A DNA stretch of 64,000 bases from Vulcanimicrobiota bacterium (GCA_963794735.1 CAWCFE010000002.1:2374141-2438140), one strand, 5' to 3'. Shown: positions 18,382 through 26,700, counted from the stretch's first letter. Made by a program: numbers and translations. Notes: generated from the sequence alone by a model not told the origin.

Positions 18382-21270
18382 GTGGACGATTCCTTAAAAC
18401 TACTAGAACCGCTTATCAAAACGCTCGCCGAGACCCTCGGGCGACACTTTGGTGGGCAGGTCCAATGGATTAGTTCTCCCGCGAAACACCGCCTTCGTGA
18501 CTCGGGACTCTGCCTGCGAGTCGACATAGATTCTGAAAACTGGCGTGGGGCCTTAACCCTGGCTCAAAGCATAAGCGCCTTGGGAATCCGAGAAATTGCG
18601 AAGCGAAAGCGAAAGTCGCCGTGGTCAGAAATCGTCGTATGCTTGGAAGCCGATAAAGCAGCAATCGCTGCCAGCCGAGAATATTTTATTCGCCTCTATG
18701 AGCTAGTTCAAAATGAGCCGATTAAAGTTTTTGTAACCCTTGAACGTTCGATCGCGCAGTTCAGTATCACGGCTTTCGGATTTCAGCTTGCCGAGGGAGT
18801 TCTGGCTGTATATGACGAGCAAACCGTTACTAGGCAGTTAGTTCGAGACGCCCGCGATATCATAGTTCGAGGGCCAGCAGAGATCCCCGTAACGCTGCAC
18901 AGTTACATCGGAAAGATTCTGGATGAAAGCCCAATTGATATTGATTTGGCCCCGGTCGGCGGAACTATCGAGTTGCCGAGGGGAACGCTGATAACGATTC
19001 CAGATTCGACGCTTGGTCCATTGCCAATCCTCAATCTTGACATGGCAGTGATGAGGCGTTCGCGCCCGGACAGTTTCGCATTTACTTACGATGATCCGCT
19101 TTTATTCAAACTTTCCAATCGCGACGGATCAGGCCTGGACCTCGACATCCTTCAAGATAGGTCGGCAGTGCCCTCGCTCGATCGTCGTGGTCGCGCTATT
19201 TGCCCAATATGCTGGTCATTGCATCAAAAAAGAGACGATTCAAGCGACGCTAGCGAGCCTTCAAATGGCCAGAGTCCTGGAGCTCGCATAACGTTTGCCC
19301 TATCTGACGGAAGTAACGCAATCGAGGAGGACGTCCCGTGCCCAAATTGCTTTGACGCGTTAACTCGCAGCGACCATCCGATCCTGCTCTCGACGATCGC
19401 GCGTGTGTTGCGAACAATTCCGGGGGAACTATCAGACTGGCATCTACTGGTGGCTGAGCGTATACGTGCCATCTGTCGAAGACTTGACCCGAAGTTCCCA
19501 GCGCTCGCCGGCAAGGAAGCAAGCCGAATCGAGGAGCTTGAGTGGCGCCTTCGCGAGAGCATTTCCGGGCTCAAAACTGAGGATGTTGTGGGGTACTTTA
19601 GACCCCTACTGGAGCTCGGTCGAGACGAGCTGGCGATTCAACACGGTCTACACTCGGCATTCAAGGAGTATTTCTATCTGCTTGGGTTGCTGGCGTCAAC
19701 ACAAGAACCGTCAGACCCCGCGATCCTAGACGGAACCAAACGTTGGCATATTAAACTTTGCTTGGAGTCACTTATCGAAGCTCATGTATCTCCCTACGGG
19801 CCGGGCTTCGGCGAGCAGTTCGATTCCCTACGGAGTGAGCAAAGAACGTTACTGAGCGCCGCCGCCTTCATTGAGGGATACTGCAACCTTCCAGCTCAGA
19901 CAACGCAGAGCGCGGTTGAAAGATTATTTAATACGGCGCTGTGGCAGGCGCGGGACCTTCCCAAGCTCATCGGCATGTCGCTTAAGGAGCTTCTCCTTGC
20001 GACGTTACACGCAATTCGGCAATCGCCTCGGCCGCCGACTGACGGCGTAGCAGCGTTATGTTGGGCCATCGATCTTACGGATTCGAGTCCTCCGATATCG
20101 AAGTACCATCGATTGTTCGATTTGGATCATCACATTACTTCGCCCGGCGAGGTGGAGTCTTCCATTGTCACGCGTTTCCACGATCGCTTTGGGATACGCC
20201 GAGGATCACATGATGGACCTCTGGCATTTGTTCAACAAAACCCCGCCGAGATGAAGCCCGTATTCTTGATGCCCGACGGAGTAGCCGTTTATCCAGAGCC
20301 AGCGGCCCTTCTTCAGTTGCTGGAGCGATGCATTGAAGGAACGTATAGAGGCACCTTTCGGAAATATTTGAATCGTCGGGGCGACCTTCTTGAATATCAA
20401 GTTGAGCGTGCCTTACAGCTACTCACACCATCCGGGTATTACAAAGACGTATTCCTTCGGCTCGGCGAGTTTCAACGCGATTTTGTCGTGGTTAGTCGAG
20501 TTGCAACGCTGTGCATTGAAGCCAAGGCCGTACTCCGGAAGTTGCAGCGGACTTCAATGCGGGAAGCCCTCTTTGACTTGAGAGATAACTTTAGGGATGG
20601 GCCAGAATTTGCCCTCGCGCAAGCTTACGACATGTCGAAAGCCCTAGAGGACCACTTTACAAACGATCACCCCTTGTACGACAGCGAAGGGTCTCAAATA
20701 TCAATCGAGCCGCTGCAAGAAGTCCGTACATACGTCCACATCGCCGTAACCAGCGAAGAATATGAAATCATGGCGGAGCGTCCGCACCTCCTCGATCGAT
20801 CGCTTCCTCCCAATAGTGTAATTGTTGCTGGCCATGAGTTCGAGTTTATCGTGGACGTCATGAATCGACTGCAGCTCGGGGTCGACGGTCTTGCAAAGTT
20901 CTTTGAGCAAAGAGCACGATTCGCGCACCTCATCCAGGCTGACCATATATATGGATGGCTTGCCGGATTCATAAAAGGCCATGGTACGTTGGAACCATTT
21001 GCCGTTGAAGGCGGCATGCGGTTCCTTCGCGGTGGCTATGAGTTTGTGAATGCGATGCAGCGAGTGTTATTCGCTAATGACTGGTCCGAGTTTGATGAAT
21101 TTATGGAGCGGGAGATCCCGGAAGAGGCACTCGCCCCGATGTGGGTAGCGTCCTGGGATGCTGCTACGATCGTTCCAACCGAGCCGTGCCCTTGTGGTTC
21201 GGGCCGAACAGCGCAAGAGTGCCATCTAGCGGCGAACCTCGCTGAGCCAGCTCCAAAAGACCGTGGATGA
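18382..21270 (+). CDS. 962-aa protein with Zn-finger pairs, a NERD-like PD-(D/E)xK core and a C-terminal SEC-C motif
   Basis: CPICWSLH..CPNCFDAL; EYQVERAL..RDFVVVSRVATLCIEAKAV; C-terminal CPCGSGRTAQECH. GTG start. Confidence 0.6.
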   Translation: MDDSLKLLEPLIKTLAETLGRHFGGQVQWISSPAKHRLRDSGLCLRVDIDSENWRGALTLAQSISALGIREIAKRKRKSPWSEIVVCLEADKAAIAASREYFIRLYELVQNEPIKVFVTLERSIAQFSITAFGFQLAEGVLAVYDEQTVTRQLVRDARDIIVRGPAEIPVTLHSYIGKILDESPIDIDLAPVGGTIELPRGTLITIPDSTLGPLPILNLDMAVMRRSRPDSFAFTYDDPLLFKLSNRDGSGLDLDILQDRSAVPSLDRRGRAICPICWSLHQKRDDSSDASEPSNGQSPGARITFALSDGSNAIEEDVPCPNCFDALTRSDHPILLSTIARVLRTIPGELSDWHLLVAERIRAICRRLDPKFPALAGKEASRIEELEWRLRESISGLKTEDVVGYFRPLLELGRDELAIQHGLHSAFKEYFYLLGLLASTQEPSDPAILDGTKRWHIKLCLESLIEAHVSPYGPGFGEQFDSLRSEQRTLLSAAAFIEGYCNLPAQTTQSAVERLFNTALWQARDLPKLIGMSLKELLLATLHAIRQSPRPPTDGVAALCWAIDLTDSSPPISKYHRLFDLDHHITSPGEVESSIVTRFHDRFGIRRGSHDGPLAFVQQNPAEMKPVFLMPDGVAVYPEPAALLQLLERCIEGTYRGTFRKYLNRRGDLLEYQVERALQLLTPSGYYKDVFLRLGEFQRDFVVVSRVATLCIEAKAVLRKLQRTSMREALFDLRDNFRDGPEFALAQAYDMSKALEDHFTNDHPLYDSEGSQISIEPLQEVRTYVHIAVTSEEYEIMAERPHLLDRSLPPNSVIVAGHEFEFIVDVMNRLQLGVDGLAKFFEQRARFAHLIQADHIYGWLAGFIKGHGTLEPFAVEGGMRFLRGGYEFVNAMQRVLFANDWSEFDEFMEREIPEEALAPMWVASWDAATIVPTEPCPCGSGRTAQECHLAANLAEPAPKDRG

Positions 21271-21419
21271 GCACGGAATCGCGTCTCAGTTGTCCATCGA
21301 GCCGAGCCGACGAGCTTTTCGATCTCGGTCATGTCATTATGCGAGTGTGATGTGCAGCAGTTTTTGCGGAGGGCATGCATGTTGCGCTGCCAGCGATCTT
21401 CAGGCGCTACCAGCCTTTC

Positions 21420-21968
21420 TCAAGACGCAATCTTCTGTCGAAGGAGCGACTCAAGACGCTGCTTTTCAATCAGCTCTCGGAAGCGCAGTTCAAGACGATT
21501 CCAAAGGTTGATCGGAATCGGTTTGGGCCGGCGCCCAATCCGTATGCTCCTTTTCATACGGTTGCCAACCAATGGAGCAATGAAGTCGGACCAAACGAGC
21601 TCGCGCACTTGCGATTCGTTGAATCCCTCCAGTCGCAACAGATCGAAAAGACTGGGGCTTCTGCCCGTGGCATCGCGCGAATATTTTGTGCGGTAAACCG
21701 GATCATATGGAATGCGTCCGCTTTCCAACGCAAATCTAAAAAAATGGCCTAAGGCCGTGACCATACGCTTTCGCACCGATCCAGATAACGAAGCCTTGTA
21801 GATTTCAATCGTTGTTTCGGTCATTACGGCTACCGGAATAGAAGCATGATCCCTTAGGAAGCGTGCCACGTCTGATCCGTACAACGAAGCGCTTCGCCCC
21901 GGCGAGTTCGATAGCCAGAGCCAATAAAGATCGGAATCAGGATGCTCAACCTTGCGCGAACGGGGCAT
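21420..21968 (-). CDS. integrase N-terminal (SAM-like core-binding) domain protein, lacks a catalytic domain
   Basis: TTIEIYKASLSGSVRKRMVTALGHFFRFALESGRIPYDPV resembles the tyrosine-recombinase core-binding domain. No R-H-R-Y region. Confidence 0.45.
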   Translation of the reverse strand: MPRSRKVEHPDSDLYWLWLSNSPGRSASLYGSDVARFLRDHASIPVAVMTETTIEIYKASLSGSVRKRMVTALGHFFRFALESGRIPYDPVYRTKYSRDATGRSPSLFDLLRLEGFNESQVRELVWSDFIAPLVGNRMKRSIRIGRRPKPIPINLWNRLELRFRELIEKQRLESLLRQKIAS

Positions 21969-22069
21969 TCGCTGTAGTATGAAAGATACATGTATCGTTT
22001 CCTGCTATTGCTGAGAACCTCGCCCGATGGCGATTGAATCGTTACAGAGATGGAAAGGGGGCTGACACC

Positions 22070-22321
22070 GTGGCCAAGGAACAGAACCGGGACAAGTCGA
22101 CCACCAACCCGCCGGCTGTAGAGCCTTCCGAGGCCGGAGGAATGAGCATTGTGGATCAGGACACGCTGGTCAGAGAATCCGTAGATTTAAGCGAGTTTGT
22201 GAGGTTGAGCCAGGAGATCGACCCGATCGCCTTGGCCAACGAGCTTGACCAGGAGCTTGAACAGTCTTTGCGCGAGCATCGCATGCCGCCGGGGAAACTC
22301 GAGCTGGCCGTCAGCGTGTAA
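22070..22321 (+). CDS. small acidic hypothetical protein
   Basis: GTG preceded by AAGGGGG (alternative TTG at 22034). Ends 21 nt before the 530-aa gene. Confidence 0.45.
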   Translation: MAKEQNRDKSTTNPPAVEPSEAGGMSIVDQDTLVRESVDLSEFVRLSQEIDPIALANELDQELEQSLREHRMPPGKLELAVSV

Positions 22322-22342
22322 AACCGGCTCGTTCAGCGGACC

Positions 22343-23935
22343 GTGGCTATGCGGGTATGGCCCATCACCGACGCGGATAAATTCTTCGAAGCCTTCTCAA
22401 ACCGCTGGATTACGGGTGAAGAGGTTCAGCGACGGTCGAGACAGGCAAAATATCTCTACAAGTATCTGCAAAACGCGGATGTTGACGCTAAATCGTTTAT
22501 CGTCGAGGACCAATACGTCGACGGCGACTATCTGGAAGATTTCGCATCCTTCTACGTAAGCAGCTTCCCACCTTATGGGCGCTACTGCAAACGCATTCAC
22601 TTCTTCAATCAAGCACTGACTCAAGCCGAAGTGGAAGGTGTATTTTCAGGCGACGATCCAAAGGGTTCAAAAGTACTTGTAGATTCGTATGTCGGTTTTA
22701 TCGTGGCAAGACCGCTTCCCCAAGCGGTCGTTGGACGCACCGTTCTTCGGACTTACGGCGAGATCGAAGATAAGCGATGCTATCCGACTATCCGAGAGTA
22801 CAGTCCGTGCCTAAACGGCATTTCTCTTCGCGTGAAGAGTCTGGCGTTTGAGGAGCAAGACACCTCAGTGGCCGCGTGCGCCACAGTGGCACTTTGGTCG
22901 GCATTTCATAAGACCCATGACCTCTTTGGGAGCCAACGTCCGCGCCCCGCGGCGATAACTCGTGCCGCGAACATCGTTCGCTCTTTTGGTCGCGCCGTGC
23001 CCTCCGGTGGTCTTAATGCCATGCAGATGGGGGAGGCTATCAGAGCCGTCGGCCTGGAGCCTGAATATTATTCGATCACTCCGGATACGCCCGCGATGTC
23101 CTTGATCTACTCATACGTTTCTGCCGGTATCCCGGTCATTCTGGGGTGCTTCATAGAAGAATTGGGATTCCACGCCATCACGATAACTGGCTTCGCATTA
23201 TCGGCCCCAGCGGCGGCTCATCCAGAGGTGAAGTACAATCGCGTCGTATCCCGCCCCGGCATCCGGGTTGAGAAGCTGTATGCGCACGACGATGGCGTCG
23301 GCCCTTTTGCGAGTCTACCGGTACATGCGACACCTCCAGGCATATTGGATCCCTTAGGCAATCCGCTCAATCCACCGTTCGCCTTGCTTTCCGATTGGGA
23401 ATTGCCGACAGCAAAAGGCGTCCGAAGCCAAGCGTACCTTCTTCCGGACTCGGTCATCGTTCCAGCGTACGCCAAGATGCGCGTTTCCTATCTCGCCGCT
23501 CACTCGCTCGTCGCGCGTTTGATGGAGATGCTTGAGAAATTGGCTCCAGCCTTTGTAGCGCAGGGGCTCGACGTAACCAAGGTAAGCTGGGACATCAAGA
23601 TGGCTATCGTGAACCCGTTCAAAGCTTGGCTCCGCGAGAAATGTTGGGCTAACAAGGAAGCCCGCGATCTAGCCGGCGATCCGCTCCCACGTTTCCTCTG
23701 GACGTCCACAATGTACCTTGAAGATGATCCCACCTTACTGTTAGTTTCGGACGCGACCGATACGGAGCGAACTTGCCCGCTTCTACGCACCTTATGGCTC
23801 GACAGCAAGTATCGCACGCTGTTTGAAGCCATGTTTTCCGACGCGGCAATCGAAAAGCAGTGGCGCATACCCCTCACGCCGCGTTTCTATGACACTCTCA
23901 AGACGGGGCAGGCGGAATTTCTACGCAATGTCTAG
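22343..23935 (+). CDS. 530-aa protein with a papain-like Cys-peptidase signature
   Basis: EEQDTSVAACATVALWSAF (Gln then Cys), ELGFHAITITGF (His), YAHDDGVGPF (Asp), in papain-fold order. Confidence 0.5.
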   Translation: MAMRVWPITDADKFFEAFSNRWITGEEVQRRSRQAKYLYKYLQNADVDAKSFIVEDQYVDGDYLEDFASFYVSSFPPYGRYCKRIHFFNQALTQAEVEGVFSGDDPKGSKVLVDSYVGFIVARPLPQAVVGRTVLRTYGEIEDKRCYPTIREYSPCLNGISLRVKSLAFEEQDTSVAACATVALWSAFHKTHDLFGSQRPRPAAITRAANIVRSFGRAVPSGGLNAMQMGEAIRAVGLEPEYYSITPDTPAMSLIYSYVSAGIPVILGCFIEELGFHAITITGFALSAPAAAHPEVKYNRVVSRPGIRVEKLYAHDDGVGPFASLPVHATPPGILDPLGNPLNPPFALLSDWELPTAKGVRSQAYLLPDSVIVPAYAKMRVSYLAAHSLVARLMEMLEKLAPAFVAQGLDVTKVSWDIKMAIVNPFKAWLREKCWANKEARDLAGDPLPRFLWTSTMYLEDDPTLLLVSDATDTERTCPLLRTLWLDSKYRTLFEAMFSDAAIEKQWRIPLTPRFYDTLKTGQAEFLRNV

Positions 23936-24067
23936 CGTTCTGGATCTTTGAACGCACAGGAGTATGGCCTTCGAGAAAATCCGAATGTAGGGCCTCTTCG
24001 AGAGGTTTCGGCACATTGCTGAGACTTCGATCGGCTGCTCCTACTCTGAGGAAACTTAAGCGACTAT

Positions 24068-24096
24068 TTGACATCTATTCTCCACTTCTGTAAGCT
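24068..24096 (+). promoter_or_regulatory. sigma70-like promoter TTGACA-N17-TAAGCT upstream of the XRE-ImmA pair
   Basis: Read directly from the sequence; 14 nt before ATG 24110. Confidence 0.3.
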
Positions 24097-24109
24097 TACG
24101 GATAAAGAA

Positions 24110-24448
24110 ATGAAGACATTTGGTGAGAGAATAAGGGAACTAAGAGAACAACAGGACTTGTCACTTCGAGAGCTTGCAAGACTCGTTGGAACCTCGGCCG
24201 CCTTTCTTTCGGACGTCGAACTTGGCAGGCGACATCCATCCCCGGAAGTCCTGAAAAGCATAGCTCAGAAGCTGCGAACGACCGCGAAGGACCTCCAGGA
24301 GTACGATCAACGACCGCCGATAAAAGATCTGCAGCGTCGAGCAGCGGCCAACCCTGTATATGGCACGTTATTCAGAAAAGTTCTGGAGCATGACGACCCC
24401 CAAGCGCTAATCGACTTCCTAGACCGTCGAGAACGAAAGAAGCGATGA
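24110..24448 (+). CDS. XRE-family HTH transcriptional regulator
   Basis: FGERIRELREQQDLSLRELARLVGTSAAFLSDVELGRR. ATGA overlap with the next gene. Confidence 0.8.
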   Translation: MKTFGERIRELREQQDLSLRELARLVGTSAAFLSDVELGRRHPSPEVLKSIAQKLRTTAKDLQEYDQRPPIKDLQRRAAANPVYGTLFRKVLEHDDPQALIDFLDRRERKKR

Positions 24449-25146
24449 AGACGCGCCGCACAAATATCGGACCGTTCAAGGAGCGGCCCTTCTACTCTCT
24501 TGAAGAAATTGAACGGATGTGCTCCGACGAACTTCAGAGTGTCGGCCTTTATCCAACCAGCCCTGCTCCCATTCGAATCGACAGATTTCTCGAAAAGCGC
24601 TTCAAGATAAACGTTTCATACGAAGACCTGCCGCGAGGGATCCTTGGCTTTACCGAATTCGGCAGTAAAGGGCCCGCCGCGATTGTTGTTTCGAAATCGC
24701 TAGATGATGGCAAGCAGAGTTCGGAGCGCCGGATTCGCACTACTTTAGCGCATGAAGGTGGGCACGGTCTGCTCCACGCGCACCTGATGGTCATGGCTCC
24801 CCAAACAATCACTCTCTTCGAAGGGGACCGTGGCACGCAGCGTCCCAAGATTCTGTGTCGCGAGGACGGGCCCTCGAACGTGCGAAGCGCGAAATACGAC
24901 GGCAAATGGTGGGAATTCCAGGCCAATCAGGCAATGGGGGCGTTGTTGCTTCCAAGAAGCCTTGTCGAGGAAGCATTGCGCGAGTTACTGGTCTCGTCCG
25001 GGTCCTTTGGGAGGTCTACAATCGCGCCGGCGCAGCGCGCGGTAGCCGCGGAAATTCTTTCGCAAACATTCGAAGTCAACCAAGTTGCGGCTCGCCTCCG
25101 CCTGGACACGATTTTGCCCAGCGCCGACAGGCAGTTGACACTCTAA
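24445..25146 (+). CDS. ImmA/IrrE-family zinc metallopeptidase
   Basis: HExxH motif in TLAHEGGHGLLHAH. Coupled to the XRE gene. Confidence 0.75.
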   Translation: MKTRRTNIGPFKERPFYSLEEIERMCSDELQSVGLYPTSPAPIRIDRFLEKRFKINVSYEDLPRGILGFTEFGSKGPAAIVVSKSLDDGKQSSERRIRTTLAHEGGHGLLHAHLMVMAPQTITLFEGDRGTQRPKILCREDGPSNVRSAKYDGKWWEFQANQAMGALLLPRSLVEEALRELLVSSGSFGRSTIAPAQRAVAAEILSQTFEVNQVAARLRLDTILPSADRQLTL

Positions 25147-25235
25147 AAAATTTTGCTAGGCTGTAAGCCTACAGCGGCTGACAGGGCTGACACCAGCCTA
25201 CGGCCAGCCCTCGCCGTAGGTCGAAGGAGGTCCAA

Positions 25236-25370
25236 ATGAAGTTTAGGCAAGTTGCCGTCGCCATCGTCGCCGTCGGTTCCACGGCGTTAGCGGTCGAAGC
25301 TTTTTACGAGCACCCAACGTTCGGTAGAGGGATCCAGGCGTTGCTCGCAGTTCTGGGGCTGCGTGGATAG
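25236..25370 (+). CDS. 44-aa hydrophobic peptide
   Basis: GGAGG 5 nt before the ATG. MKFRQVAVAIVAVGSTALAVEAFYEHPTFGRGIQALLAVLGLRG. Not in the ORF track. Confidence 0.4.
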   Translation: MKFRQVAVAIVAVGSTALAVEAFYEHPTFGRGIQALLAVLGLRG

Positions 25371-25371
25371 A

Positions 25372-25572
25372 ATGAGCAAATTCAAAGGTCGCCATCGGGA
25401 CGAAGACGGTGAAGCGAGCCGCAAGCACGGCAATACTCAAGTGGGCAACCTTCGAAAGACGTATGGGGACGACTTCGCCAAGGACTATCGAAGCGACGCC
25501 CACCTCAAGACCGTCCTTAACGATTCCGGCGCTTCCTCGCTCTCGGACTATCTTAGGAAGCATCGCAAGTAA
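25372..25572 (+). CDS. 66-aa basic hypothetical protein
   Basis: ATG 1 nt after the stop of the 44-aa ORF. Confidence 0.4.
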   Translation: MSKFKGRHRDEDGEASRKHGNTQVGNLRKTYGDDFAKDYRSDAHLKTVLNDSGASSLSDYLRKHRK

Positions 25573-25588
25573 CTCGCTCGCTTCGAGT

Positions 25589-25609
25589 GTCTAAACTGTG
25601 GCGCATCAG
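25589..25609. repeat. GTCTAAACTGT + GGCGCATCAG motif pair upstream of the DUF1883-like gene
   Basis: The 11-mer recurs inverted at 25930-25940. The 10-mer recurs direct at 25964-25973. Confidence 0.6.
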
Positions 25610-25630
25610 GCAAGAGGGAGGTAATAGACT

Positions 25631-25900
25631 TTGGACTTCATCCACGCCCGCGAATATCTTCAGGGGGGTGACGTCGTGATCGTCAACTGTTCGCACCAAT
25701 GCAACGCACTTCTTACAGACGACTTCAATTTTTCTTCATATCAAAGCGGCGGGCAGTTCCATTACTACGGCGGCCACTACAAACAGTTTCCAGTCCGGAT
25801 TGTAGTTCCGTCGGCGGGGTTCTGGAACGTAACGATCGATCTCGGCGGGGGGGCCGCGCAGATTCGCTATAACATCTCGTACCTCAAGAAGGCCAGCTAA
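25631..25900 (+). CDS. DUF1883-like protein
   Basis: GDVVIVNCSHQCNALLTDDFNFSSYQSGGQFHYYGG..VPSAGFWNVTIDLGG fits my recollection of DUF1883. TTG start after GGGAGG. Confidence 0.5.
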   Translation: MDFIHAREYLQGGDVVIVNCSHQCNALLTDDFNFSSYQSGGQFHYYGGHYKQFPVRIVVPSAGFWNVTIDLGGGAAQIRYNISYLKKAS

Positions 25901-25929
25901 TACACAAACCGGATCCTCATTACTGCTCA

Positions 25930-25973
25930 ACAGTTTAGACGCCGCCTAGATACGCTCGAAAGCGGCGCATCAG
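25930..25973. repeat. ACAGTTTAGAC (inverted copy) ... GGCGCATCAG (direct copy) upstream of the Ubl gene
   Basis: Partners of 25589-25609. Confidence 0.6.
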
Positions 25974-25991
25974 TTGCAAACAAGGTGTAGC

Positions 25992-26306
25992 ATGGAACAA
26001 GAACGTCAAGCCAAAGATGCACGGCTCCTCGGAGTCGCAGTCATCACTCCTTCAGGAACCTTTCCTGGCGAAAATGATCTACGCAAGGCCGAGCCCGACG
26101 AGAAGGTAGAGGTCGTCCTCAAAGCAGCTGCGGAGGCCCTGGGGCTTACTAACACCTCGGACTGGGTCGCATCCGTTGACGAGCGAGACATTAATCCATC
26201 GCATACCTTTCGAGAAGAAGGGTTAACTTGCGTCGTCGAGATTGAATGGCACAAACGGGAGGGCGGCGGTGGCTCATCCGGAAATATCGAAGCGGCTCTT
26301 CGATAA
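25992..26306 (+). CDS. ubiquitin-like (beta-grasp) protein, BilA-like, with GGGG plus a 10-aa C-terminal tail
   Basis: 104 aa ending ..IEWHKREGGGGSSGNIEAALR. Sits directly upstream of the E2/JAB/E1 genes. Confidence 0.65.
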   Translation: MEQERQAKDARLLGVAVITPSGTFPGENDLRKAEPDEKVEVVLKAAAEALGLTNTSDWVASVDERDINPSHTFREEGLTCVVEIEWHKREGGGGSSGNIEAALR

Positions 26307-26700
26307 GGACGTCGCCGCCCTCACGGAGGAAGCCGCCAAGAGTCTTCGGTTCGCCGTCAATTCCAAGGAGTTTCCGACGCTCGATGTCACCGTCGAGCAC
26401 TCGAAGCCGATTCGGTTGCGCTTCCAGTGCGAGGACTGGGACGACCAGCCGCCATCAATAGAGTTACTCAATCCAGACGGAACGGCATACGACGGAACGA
26501 TGCCGTCAAATAACGTCTTCAATGGCGCCGCCCACCCCAAAACCGGCAGGCGATTCGTCTGCATGCGGGGATCGCGAGAGTATCACACGCATCCGAGCCA
26601 CGTGAACGAATCGTGGGGCGCCTATCGCGGGCAAGACGGCATGAACGTTTGCGGAATTCTTATGCAACTGGCTCGGTCCTGGCGAAAAGGTATCGCATGA
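26269..26700 (+). CDS. prokaryotic E2-like ubiquitin-conjugating protein, BilB-like
   Basis: AAHPKTGRRFVCMRG (HP..loop + Cys) and WDDQPPSIELLNPDG. GTG 26269 lies 6 nt after GGGAGG (alternative TTG at 26242). Confidence 0.7.
   Translation: MAHPEISKRLFDKDVAALTEEAAKSLRFAVNSKEFPTLDVTVEHSKPIRLRFQCEDWDDQPPSIELLNPDGTAYDGTMPSNNVFNGAAHPKTGRRFVCMRGSREYHTHPSHVNESWGAYRGQDGMNVCGILMQLARSWRKGIA

Noticed and set aside
25243-25563. 106-aa minus-strand ORF listed in the track.
   Set aside because: It has no ribosome-binding site and a low-complexity N-terminus. Two plus-strand small ORFs with a strong GGAGG site and a 1-nt stop-start junction explain the region better. This remains uncertain.
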